The notes under the pieces were generated by a model. That model saw only the letters and a program-made list of their open reading frames with translations. It searched no databases and was not told where the DNA came from. Positions 1 to 7,554 of a stretch of DNA of 13,196 nucleotides are shown piece by piece. Origin of the DNA: Archangium sp. Its GTDB lineage: Bacteria > Myxococcota > Myxococcia > Myxococcales > Myxococcaceae. Every line of letters begins with the position of its first letter. The first letter of the stretch is position 1. The translations under genes were made by a program, and so were the position numbers. The stretch spans positions 1 to 13,196 of the forward strand of contig JANLPS010000432.1 in assembly GCA_031367385.1 (NCBI GenBank). The letters are read 5' to 3'.

Positions 1-443
1 GCCACGCCGGGCACCTGCAAGCTGGTGATCCACGCGCGCACGTCTTCGAGGTGAATCGAGGTCTTGCCGTCGGTGTCGAGCTTGATGAAGGGGTCTCCGC
101 TGATCGGCATCTGCTTCTGCGATGAGCCGGTGCGACGGCCCTCGAGCAGCTTCACCAGGTCGCTCTCGTCGGGCTTGCCGGGCGAGACCAGCCGCGGGTT
201 GCGAACCAGCAGCGACTCGAAGGCGTTGCGCGAGGCAAAGTAGCCGGTGTCGCCAGTGCCATGGCACCCCGCGCAGGTCGGAGCGAGCCCCTGACGAATG
301 CGCTCGGTCTCGCTGTTGCTGCCGGGCAGCGGTGGGCACTCTTCGTCGGTGCCTCCCCCGGTACCGCCACCCGTCACGGAGCCGTTGATGCGCCCGGTGC
401 ACGAGAGGCTCAGCACGATCAAAAGCCAGGTCGCGCGGTTCAT
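1..443 (-). CDS. Partial CDS (3' end outside window): lipoprotein with a c-type cytochrome domain, planctomycete-cytochrome-c-like
   Basis: Not in the ORF track; translated by hand from ATG at 443: MNRATWLLIVLSLSCTGRINGSVTGGGTGGGTDEECPPLPGSNSETERIRQGLAPTCAGCHGTGDTGYFASRNAFESLLVRNPRLVSPGKPDESDLVKLLEGRRTGSSQKQMPISGDPFIKLDTDGKTSIHLEDVRAWITSLQVPGV..., open to the window edge. Lipobox LSLS-C15, Gly/Thr linker, CAGCH at 261-275, 'VSPGKPDESDL' segment, distal 'MP' and 'VRAWI' helix. ATGA overlap with the upstream stop at 440-442. Confidence 0.88.
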   Translation of the reverse strand, partial: MNRATWLLIVLSLSCTGRINGSVTGGGTGGGTDEECPPLPGSNSETERIRQGLAPTCAGCHGTGDTGYFASRNAFESLLVRNPRLVSPGKPDESDLVKLLEGRRTGSSQKQMPISGDPFIKLDTDGKTSIHLEDVRAWITSLQVPGV

Positions 444-2224
444 AGGCCGCTCCTGAAGGCCGAGGTCTTGGCGAGGTACTTCACGAACGAGCGGGTCTGG
501 CGATCATGCGCCTTGAATTCGGTGACCAGCTTCTCGAGGTACCCGGCCTCGGCGGTCGGGTCGACATCGCGGCCGACGAAGCGCTGGTGAAGCCTCCGCA
601 CCACGCAGCGATCGAAGCTGCCCGACGAGACCAACATCTTCGCGAAGCCGAGCGGCCCCACCGTGCCGTCACTGGTCGCGCCGTAGAGCGTTTGATCAGG
701 CGGCAAGAAGTCGATGAACAGCGACTCCGGGTCGGCATCGGCCCGCGCGGCGTCGACTGGCGTCATGTGCGTGCCGGTCGCCCACAGCCGGCGCATGCGA
801 TCCCACGGGTCGCCGCCATAGGGGTATTGCCCCGAGTTCCACTTCACGGGCTCGTGCGCGGTGCCCACGCCGAGCATCGCGAAGCCAGCGCCAGTGCGCA
901 TGAACCGCTTGAAGTGAATCGACGCGGGGTCGATTCGAGAATGGCAGGTCACGCAGGGGCCTCCGCCAGCGGGGTCGTTGACGTAAGGCGCGAAATGCGC
1001 GGTCGGCGGAGGCGGTACGAAGCTCTCGCACGCGAACATCTCGAGCAACCGCGCGCCGCGAACGCGCTCACGCACCAAGCCAGCGAGCAGGCCCGGCATG
1101 GTCATGATGCCCGCCGAGGGGATGCCCTTCATCGTGCCCTTGGCCTGGGTTCTCGGGTCGAAGCGGTAGTCGCGATCGGCGAGCAAGTAGGGGTTGCGTT
1201 GGGCAATCTTGAACTCGCTCCAGCCGTGCTGATCATTCGCGTCGTGATGCGGGTCGGTCGGTGAAGACCACCCGCTCGAGCGCCACCAGGTGCCGGCGTT
1301 CTCGACGCTCTGGTCACCCAGCTTGCTGGCGTAGCGAACGTAGGTGGCTTGCACGCTGACCGGGCCGACCGAGTAGTCGCCGGTAATCAAGTCGACCAGG
1401 GGGCGGTCGTGCCAGACCAGGTGCGCGAAGAGGCGAGCGGGCTCGTCCCACTCCAGGCGGCGGTGGCCCTCGGGGTTGCCGAGCAAGAAGGCCTTGTAGT
1501 CTTGCAACGCTCCACCCGGCAGGCAGTAGATGAGGTGTGGCCCGCAGCCGCATGACTTGGGGCCGTCGTACGAGAACCCCGCCCCGGTCTGTGAGCAGTC
1601 GATCTTCTCACCACCGGCAGTCGTGATGATCTGGCTCTCGTCAGCGTCGAGGCCGACGACGTCGATCATCGTGCCCTCGGCCCACCACGGCTCGATCTGC
1701 TTCACCACCGCGGTCGAGCCGTCGGAGCGCTTGCCGTCACAGGGCGACATGTTGGCGTACGCATTCGGCGAGGCCCACTTGCCGGCGTGCAGCGTGCCGT
1801 CAGGGCAAGGGATGATGGCCCGTTGCTGCGGCAACCCGTACTCAGGCACGTCGGCGATGTTGGCGACCGGAGGGATGTTCATCCACGCGTGGCCGAAGTC
1901 GACCATCGTGTCGTAGAACTGCGCGTCGTTGAGCAAGCGGTCGAGCTCGGTGTCGAGAAAGGCCTGCTGCGCCGCGGGGTCGGTGATCGCGCTGAGCGCT
2001 TTGATCTTCTCGCGCGTCGGAAAACGGTCGGTCGTGACCAACGTCATGCGCCGCAACTGCCGAAGCGCCGTCATCGGCGGCCCGACCACCTCGACCGTGC
2101 CTCCATCACCGACCGGCGGCGTGACGTCACACACTGCTTGCGACGCAGTCGGAGTCGAGCTCGATGCCTTGGAACAACCCGCCCCAACGCTTAGCGCGAA
2201 GACACACAACAAGAGCTGACGCAT
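440..2224 (-). CDS. Large Cys-rich lipoprotein with CxxCH, DUF1588/DUF1585-like C-terminal region (594 aa)
   Basis: ORF-track 440..2404 trimmed to ATG 2224 (MRQLLLCVFALSVGAG-C, lipobox), which also removes the overlap with the neighbouring gene. Contains 'RVRGARLLEMFACESFVPPP...PCVTCHSRIDP' (CVTCH at 941-955), resembling the DUF1588 core, and the C-terminal 'FDRCVVRRLHQRFVGRD...FVKYLAKTSAFR', resembling DUF1585. Family names are from motif recognition, not a search. Confidence 0.8.
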   Translation of the reverse strand: MRQLLLCVFALSVGAGCSKASSSTPTASQAVCDVTPPVGDGGTVEVVGPPMTALRQLRRMTLVTTDRFPTREKIKALSAITDPAAQQAFLDTELDRLLNDAQFYDTMVDFGHAWMNIPPVANIADVPEYGLPQQRAIIPCPDGTLHAGKWASPNAYANMSPCDGKRSDGSTAVVKQIEPWWAEGTMIDVVGLDADESQIITTAGGEKIDCSQTGAGFSYDGPKSCGCGPHLIYCLPGGALQDYKAFLLGNPEGHRRLEWDEPARLFAHLVWHDRPLVDLITGDYSVGPVSVQATYVRYASKLGDQSVENAGTWWRSSGWSSPTDPHHDANDQHGWSEFKIAQRNPYLLADRDYRFDPRTQAKGTMKGIPSAGIMTMPGLLAGLVRERVRGARLLEMFACESFVPPPPTAHFAPYVNDPAGGGPCVTCHSRIDPASIHFKRFMRTGAGFAMLGVGTAHEPVKWNSGQYPYGGDPWDRMRRLWATGTHMTPVDAARADADPESLFIDFLPPDQTLYGATSDGTVGPLGFAKMLVSSGSFDRCVVRRLHQRFVGRDVDPTAEAGYLEKLVTEFKAHDRQTRSFVKYLAKTSAFRSGL

Positions 2225-2331
2225 GCACGCGAACCTTGGCGCGCAAAGCCGCTCCGGTGCAAACAATCGGCAGGTACGTCCATGTATGCCCCGCTCGCCC
2301 TGAGGGACTCGAAGGACCCTGCCATGCCGAG

Positions 2332-3330
2332 TCAAACCCTCACTGCACTCTGACGCCCCGCGAGCACGACCAGCAGCCCCGTCGCAAGCCCAACCGAGAC
2401 CCACCCGAGGGCTCCAATCGACTCACCAATCGGCTGCGCGTACCGCAAGATTCTCGCGGCGCTGAGCATCTGCCACCAGTCGTGGCCATCGAGGTGATCG
2501 TCACTCAGCTCATCACCCGAAGCGACCGGCAGCGCGAGCTCGCGGTACCAGGCATCGCCTGCGTACTGGCCGATGTCGAAGAGGCTGAAGCCGAGCCAGA
2601 CGAGTGACCCCGCGAGTTGAACGGGCCACTTGTTTCGCGCGAAGACGACCGTCGCGATCGACGGAAACAGCAGTTGCCCCCACGCGCCCGCAGCCACGCC
2701 GACGAGGTGTGGAAACACGAGGCCCACCACGAGGTGGCCCGCCTCGTGGGGGAGATAGAACGCGCCATTCCACAAGATTCGGTAAATGAAGCCGTTGGTG
2801 CGAATCGACCAGAAGATCAGCGCCGTCGCGACCACCGGCACCGCGACCGCAGGCCACGCCACCGCGGGCCAGGGCTCTTCATCTTCACCTCGAAATGCCT
2901 CGTTCGCGTCGACCACGGCGCTGCCAGCGATGCGGTCATGAAACGCGCGGCCGGTGATCAGACCGTCAATCAGGCCAGCTCCATTCATCGCAAGTGAGAG
3001 CCACTTGCAGATCGTCTCGCGAATGATGATCGCCTTGAGATCGAGATCTGACCCATCGCTCGCGGCCACCACCTCGAGGCCGAGCAGCTTCTTGCCCAGC
3101 GTCGCTCGCCAGATCGCCGTCGGCGCGACGAACCACGCCGCCCACACCATCAGCACCGCAGGCACGATTCGCGAGGCCGCTTTCGCCGCCTGGTGCGGAG
3201 GAAAATCAATCTTCACCGAGCGATCGAGCCCACGGCAGACGAGCCAGGCCAGCACCGCGAACCCGGCCGCGTCGATACCGAACGCCGACGCGCGACGCAC
3301 CCCTTGGCTCCCCGCGGTGAAGATCTTCAT
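2332..3330 (-). CDS. Membrane protein: N-terminal RDD domain fused to an HExxH-containing (M50-like) membrane domain
   Basis: RDD hallmarks: 'RRASAFGID', 'ATLGKKLLGLEVV', 'IIRETICK', 'RAFHDRIAGSAVV'. C-terminal half has hydrophobic helices, 'LPHEAGH' (HEAGH at 2734-2748), 'AAGAWGQLLFP' and 'GHDWWQML'. Confidence 0.8.
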   Translation of the reverse strand: MKIFTAGSQGVRRASAFGIDAAGFAVLAWLVCRGLDRSVKIDFPPHQAAKAASRIVPAVLMVWAAWFVAPTAIWRATLGKKLLGLEVVAASDGSDLDLKAIIIRETICKWLSLAMNGAGLIDGLITGRAFHDRIAGSAVVDANEAFRGEDEEPWPAVAWPAVAVPVVATALIFWSIRTNGFIYRILWNGAFYLPHEAGHLVVGLVFPHLVGVAAGAWGQLLFPSIATVVFARNKWPVQLAGSLVWLGFSLFDIGQYAGDAWYRELALPVASGDELSDDHLDGHDWWQMLSAARILRYAQPIGESIGALGWVSVGLATGLLVVLAGRQSAVRV

Positions 3331-3410
3331 TGTGAGCGCCCGATTGTCGACCCGGGCAGGTCTCGCGGCAAATCAATGAATCGCGGTGCACCGGCGGGCC
3401 ACGAAGCGGC

Positions 3411-3785
3411 ATGAGACACGCCCTCTTCATTCTGTTGCTCACCACCGGGTGCGCGACCACCAGCAGCATTTCGGCGACCCAACCGGGCCTCTTCGGCGCC
3501 CGCGACTACCTGAAGACCGCCTGGGAGACCTTGGCCAAAGCCGAGACCGACACCGGAGGCCACCGGGTTCGCGCTGAGCGTGAGACCCGCGCCGCGCTCG
3601 AAGAGCTGGGCGACCTGTCGCTGCCTGCGCGCAAGGTGCCTTTCACGGGGCCCCCCTCGCTGGCGATCGCCCTCGAGCTCCTCGAGCACAGCGAAATCGA
3701 AATGTCGCGCATGTGCAGCAATGACGCCCTGGTGCACACCCGCCGGGCCGCCGACGAGCTCCGCGCCGCCATCGCATCGAAATAA
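3411..3785 (+). CDS. Small helical lipoprotein of unknown function (124 aa)
   Basis: MRHALFILLLTTG-C lipobox; amphipathic helices with a 'DTGGHRVRA' motif; fills the gap between the divergent RDD gene and the OmpA-family gene. Confidence 0.75.
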   Translation: MRHALFILLLTTGCATTSSISATQPGLFGARDYLKTAWETLAKAETDTGGHRVRAERETRAALEELGDLSLPARKVPFTGPPSLAIALELLEHSEIEMSRMCSNDALVHTRRAADELRAAIASK

Positions 3786-3820
3786 CAAATGGTTTTTTGG
3801 GAGAGCCCCCGCTTCCCCGC

Positions 3821-3826
3821 TATAAC
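3821..3826 (+). promoter_or_regulatory. Candidate -10 element (TATAAC) for the OmpA/TraB-like gene
   Basis: TATAAC lies 8 nt before GTG 3835 in a GC-rich background. No Shine-Dalgarno and no convincing -35. Confidence 0.4.
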
Positions 3827-3834
3827 CGGGCCCT

Positions 3835-5499
3835 GTGCCCGTGGGTCGTTTCCTCAGCGTTGTCGTTTGCCTGACCGCGTTCACCGCGGTGGCCGCCGAA
3901 GATCCGTTCGCGCGGGGCATCGACGCGGTGCCGGTCAAGCTGACCCCCTCCTCGGGCTCGAGCCTGACCCTCGAAGGCGCTGACCTGCCGCAGCAGGGCA
4001 CGTTTCACCTGACCCCGCTGCTCGACTTCAACTTCGGCATTCTGGCGCTCAAGTTGGGCGATCAACGGCTCGGCGATTTGCTCCCGTTTCGGGCTGATCT
4101 GCACATTCTGGCCTCGTACCAGGTGCTCCCGCGGCTCGAGGTGGCGGCCGATTTGCCGTTCGTGGTCGCGAACGTCAGCAACTTCAAGCTGCTGCAAGAC
4201 CAGGGGTTCCCCCAGGGCTCGCCAGCGCCCGCGGGGCTCGGTGCGCTGCGGCTGCAAGGTCGATTTCAGATTCTGCGGCAGAGCGAGATACCGATTCTCG
4301 GGCTCGCGGCGGTGATGGAGGTGCGGGCTCCGACCGGAGACCAGTTCAGCTTCATGAGCGACCGCGGCTTCGTCTTCGCGCCCCGCCTCGCCGCCGAACG
4401 TCGCTTCGGGCCAGTTCGCATCTTGGCCAACGCCGGGTGGCGCTTTCGAACCGCTGCGGGCCGGTACTTGAACCTCTACGTCGGCAACGAGTTCGCGATG
4501 GGCGGCGGTGTGATCATCGAGCTCCCCGAGGTGTGGAAGCTCAAGCGCCCCGAGCTGCTCGCCGACTTGAACATCGTCACGCCCGCCGAAGCGCCGTTCA
4601 CCTTTCGCGACGCCGATGCGCTCAAGACGCCCTTCGAGCTGATGGTCGGTGCGCGCACGATGATCTCCGAGAACTGGGGTCTGATGGTGGCGGTGGGCCG
4701 TGGGCTCGGCGAAAACGGCTACGGCCGCGAGACGTTTCGCTTCGTGCTGGGGCTTCGCTACGAGCACGCGCCCTCCGTTGACAGCGATGGAGACGGCGTG
4801 CCCGACGCCATCGACAAGTGCCCGACGGTCGCCGAAGACAAAGACGGGTACCAAGACGCCGACGGCTGCCCCGAAGAGAACCCCGACCCTGATCGCGACG
4901 GAGACACGGTGCCTGATCGCATCGACAGCTGCCCTGATCAGCCCGGCCCGCAACAGTACGACGGCTGCCCTGACCGCGACGGAGACCAGATCCCCGACAA
5001 CGCTGACAAGTGCCCTGACCAGCCCGGCCCGGCCGAGCTCGATGGCTGCCCGCCTCCGCCTGAAGAAGAGCCGGTGGTGCTCGAGTCAGAGCGAATTCGC
5101 ATTCGCAACCAGGTGCTCTACGAGTTCGGCAGCGCGAAGATCGACCCGCAATCGTTCCCGCTCCTCGACGAGGTCGCCAAGGTTCTGAAGGCGAACAAAG
5201 ACGTCGGCCCGGTGGTGATTGAAGGCCACACCGACAACGTCGGCCCGCGGCTGTTCAACATCGACCTGTCGAAGCGGCGCGCAAAAGCCGTCGAGGACTA
5301 TTTGATTCTCAAGGGCATCGACAAGACCCGCCTGCGCAGCGACGGCTTCGGGTTCGACAAGCCGATCGCACCGAATGACACGCCGCTCAACCGCGCGAAG
5401 AACCGCCGCACCGAGTTCAGGTTGGTCGATGAGATCGACATCAAGCCGGGCTCGATCAAGACCCGGCCCGGTGGGCCGATCGAAGTCGTGCCGAAATAA
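3835..5499 (+). CDS. OmpA-family outer-membrane protein: beta-barrel + thrombospondin type-3 repeats + OmpA C-terminal domain (myxobacterial TraB-type architecture)
   Basis: Signal peptide ending 'FTAVAA-EDPF'; about 290 aa of alternating beta-strand pattern ending 'FRFVLGLRYE'; DxDGDxxPDxxDxCP repeats; OmpA motifs 'VLYEFGSAKI', 'IEGHTDNVG', 'NIDLSKRRAKAVEDYL', 'RAKNRRTEF'. Start may be GTG 3835 or GTG 3841. Confidence 0.92.
   Translation: MPVGRFLSVVVCLTAFTAVAAEDPFARGIDAVPVKLTPSSGSSLTLEGADLPQQGTFHLTPLLDFNFGILALKLGDQRLGDLLPFRADLHILASYQVLPRLEVAADLPFVVANVSNFKLLQDQGFPQGSPAPAGLGALRLQGRFQILRQSEIPILGLAAVMEVRAPTGDQFSFMSDRGFVFAPRLAAERRFGPVRILANAGWRFRTAAGRYLNLYVGNEFAMGGGVIIELPEVWKLKRPELLADLNIVTPAEAPFTFRDADALKTPFELMVGARTMISENWGLMVAVGRGLGENGYGRETFRFVLGLRYEHAPSVDSDGDGVPDAIDKCPTVAEDKDGYQDADGCPEENPDPDRDGDTVPDRIDSCPDQPGPQQYDGCPDRDGDQIPDNADKCPDQPGPAELDGCPPPPEEEPVVLESERIRIRNQVLYEFGSAKIDPQSFPLLDEVAKVLKANKDVGPVVIEGHTDNVGPRLFNIDLSKRRAKAVEDYLILKGIDKTRLRSDGFGFDKPIAPNDTPLNRAKNRRTEFRLVDEIDIKPGSIKTRPGGPIEVVPK
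4780..5052 (+). repeat. Thrombospondin type-3-like Ca-binding repeats within the OmpA-family gene
   Basis: DSDGDGVPDAIDKCP / EDKDGYQDADGCP / DRDGDTVPDRIDSCPDQPGP..DGCP / DRDGDQIPDNADKCPDQPGP..DGCP. The DNA TGCCCTGAYCAGCCCGGCCCG occurs twice, near 4930 and 5011. Confidence 0.9.
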
Positions 5500-5572
5500 T
5501 CGCGACGGTGCTTTGCGAATTCACGAGGCTGCGGTGTCTTCAGTCTTCGTGGACCGAGGGGGGCGACCATTG

Positions 5573-6232
5573 ATGCGTGTGCAGATGTGCGTCTTCGCCG
5601 TACTGATCAGCGGCTGCGCGTCAATCGGAGCGCTCCAGCCTGCGCAGACGGTCGGCAAACACCGCTTTCAGGTCGGCATCGAGTCGTCAGAGCAGGCCAT
5701 CGTCTCGAAAGACACGCTCATCGCCTACCCGATGACCGGCCTCGCCGTTCGTTACGGTGTCGCTGAGTCAATCGACGTCGGCGTACGCATCGGCCCCTCG
5801 GGCCTGGAGTCACAGACCAAGTTCGAGCTCACGCCGAAACACAGCCGCTTCATCGTCTCGCTCGCGCCGCTGCTCGGAGGAACGCTGAGCTTCACCGACA
5901 GCGTGCTGTTCTTCGGAGCGAACGCAGCGCTCCCCGTATTGTTCGGTGTGATGGTCAGCGACCGCGTGCAGCTGATCTTCTCGGCGCGACTTCACGACGC
6001 ATTGACCCACATCTCGATCGGCCACACGCCCTTCTATGAAAACACCTTCGGCCTCGGCGGCTCGGCGGGGGTCGGCATTCGGGTCTGGCGGCTGTGGCTC
6101 ATCCCCGAATTTGGAGTGCTTCAGCCGTTGCTGATCACCGCCGTGCGCAATGATGGCCTCTCTGGTACCCAATCACGTGCCGCGAAGACCACACTGCAGT
6201 TCACCTTTTCAGTGACCTGGGACAACGCATGA
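5573..6232 (+). CDS. Putative lipoprotein with outer-membrane beta-barrel-like sequence (219 aa)
   Basis: ORF-track 5375..6232 trimmed to ATG 5573 (MRVQMCVFAVLISG-C, lipobox), with G-rich SD-like GAGGGGGG upstream. Alternating strands include 'GLAVRYGVAESIDVGVRIG', 'GGSAGVGIRV' and terminal 'LQFTFSVTW'. Its stop overlaps the next start (ATGA, 6229-6232). Confidence 0.75.
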   Translation: MRVQMCVFAVLISGCASIGALQPAQTVGKHRFQVGIESSEQAIVSKDTLIAYPMTGLAVRYGVAESIDVGVRIGPSGLESQTKFELTPKHSRFIVSLAPLLGGTLSFTDSVLFFGANAALPVLFGVMVSDRVQLIFSARLHDALTHISIGHTPFYENTFGLGGSAGVGIRVWRLWLIPEFGVLQPLLITAVRNDGLSGTQSRAAKTTLQFTFSVTWDNA

Positions 6233-7551
6233 GGCGCCACGCTGTTGCCCTGATCTCGGTGTCACTCTGCGCCTGCCTCGACGTGCAGCCCGCAGCGCTC
6301 TATTGCGCGAGCGAACCAGCGCCCGCCGCATCGACGAAACCCGGCATCACCTACCACCGCGACATCGAGCCGCTGATCAACGCCAAGTGCGCGGGGTGTC
6401 ACTCCGAGTCGGGCATTGGGCCGTTTCCGCTCACGAATTGGGCCGAGGTGAAGCCGCACATCGACCAGATTTTCGCCGAGGTGGTGAGCCGCCGCATGCC
6501 GCCGTGGCCTCCGGCGCCGTGCTGTCATGAATATCTGCACCCGCTCGCGCTCTCTGAGGATCACATCGCCGCGATTCGAGGGTGGGTTGATCAGGGCTCG
6601 AATGAAGGAGCCCCGACCCAAGTCACCCCATACGCGAGACAGGGGCTCGAGCGAATCGACGTCGAAGCGGTGATGCCCGAGCCGTATCTGCCCGCGCCGG
6701 GCAATGGCGCCACCGATGAGACGCGGTGTTTTCTTCTCGATTGGTCGCCAGAGGGCACGACCTCCGTTCGGGGCATCGACATTCACCCCGGCGCGCGGGC
6801 GCAGATGCACCACGGGTTGGTCTTCCTGGTCTCGAAAGACGACGCCACGGCACTGCAGAAAATCGACGACGCCGCGCCTGGCCCGGGCTGGCCCTGCCCC
6901 GGCGGCATCGTGAGCCACATGAAGTCGGGCCTGGGAGGCGCGCTCCAAGAGCCTCAGCTGTACGCCGACGGCACGGGCGTCGAAGTCGCGCCTGGAGAAC
7001 GGCTGGTCTTGTCGATGCACTACAGCCAGCCCCCCATCGGGCCCTTCGTCGCAGATCGAACCACCGTGCAGCTGCTGACCCAGACCGAGCCCGTGACGCC
7101 CGTGGTGTACGTGATGGTGTTCAGCCCATCGTGGGTGATTGGCGGCATGCCGATACCCAAAGGGCAGAGCTCGGTCATGCACCGGTATACCGACGAGCCC
7201 ACCCTCTACAATGGCGGCAGGCCGTACCTGATTTACGCCGTCAACCTGCACATGCACGAGCGAGGGCAACGGGGGCAGGTCACGATTCTGCGAGCCAACG
7301 GCGAACGCGAATGCCTGCTGCAAATCGACGCGTGGGACTACGGGCACCAAGGCGACTACCAGTTGGTGACGCCGGTGCGGTTGGCGCCGAAAGACCGCGT
7401 GCTGGTCGAATGCGAATGGGACAATTCGACGGCGCACCAGCGGCTGCGAAACGGCGTGCCCGAGGCGTCGCGTGATTTGAACTGGGGTGAGAGCGAAGAG
7501 ATGTGCATCGCGTTTCTCACCACCACCCTCGCGCCTGCGACTGAACGCTGA
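6229..7551 (+). CDS. Lipoprotein: N-terminal c-type haem domain + copper type II (PHM/DBH-like) monooxygenase domains
   Basis: Lipobox 'SLCA-C'; 'TYHRDIEPLINAKCAGCH' (CxxCH 6388-6402) with 'RRMPPWP'. CuH-type ligands: HH (6808-6813) and 'MHY' (His 7018-7020). CuM-type ligands: HMH (7249-7257) and 'EEMC' (7495-7506). Also 'WDYGHQGDY' and 'ECEWDNS'. Confidence 0.88.
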   Translation: MRRHAVALISVSLCACLDVQPAALYCASEPAPAASTKPGITYHRDIEPLINAKCAGCHSESGIGPFPLTNWAEVKPHIDQIFAEVVSRRMPPWPPAPCCHEYLHPLALSEDHIAAIRGWVDQGSNEGAPTQVTPYARQGLERIDVEAVMPEPYLPAPGNGATDETRCFLLDWSPEGTTSVRGIDIHPGARAQMHHGLVFLVSKDDATALQKIDDAAPGPGWPCPGGIVSHMKSGLGGALQEPQLYADGTGVEVAPGERLVLSMHYSQPPIGPFVADRTTVQLLTQTEPVTPVVYVMVFSPSWVIGGMPIPKGQSSVMHRYTDEPTLYNGGRPYLIYAVNLHMHERGQRGQVTILRANGERECLLQIDAWDYGHQGDYQLVTPVRLAPKDRVLVECEWDNSTAHQRLRNGVPEASRDLNWGESEEMCIAFLTTTLAPATER

Positions 7552-7554
7552 GCG

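Noticed and set aside
506..1264. 252-aa plus-strand ORF and other short ORFs over the left arm
   Set aside because: Antisense shadow of a well-supported gene; Arg/Ala-rich with no motifs, typical of high-GC DNA.
2225..2404. 60-aa N-terminal extension of the 654-aa ORF
   Set aside because: It overlaps the RDD gene and buries the signal peptide/lipobox that begins at ATG 2224.
3786..3820. T-run (3793-3798) and weak GGGAG/CTTCCC pairing as a terminator
   Set aside because: The T-run precedes rather than follows the weak stem, so it does not fit an intrinsic terminator on either strand.
3327..4953. Minus-strand ORFs 3327..4001 (224 aa) and 3820..4953 (377 aa)
   Set aside because: They lie antisense to the lipoprotein and OmpA-family genes and have no recognisable domains.
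4780..5052. Repeated DNA as a possible CRISPR array or mobile repeat
   Set aside because: The repeats are in-frame coding TSP3 units with no repeat-spacer periodicity.
5375..5572. Extended start of the 285-aa ORF, and the hairpin TCGCGA-CGGTGCT-TTGCGA at 5500-5518
   Set aside because: The extension overlaps the OmpA gene and precedes the lipobox signal. The hairpin is short, includes a G-U pair and lacks a U-tract.
6262..7475. 391-aa antisense ORF and 249-aa alternative-frame ORF within the monooxygenase
   Set aside because: Shadow ORFs; the 6229..7551 frame carries all the catalytic motifs.
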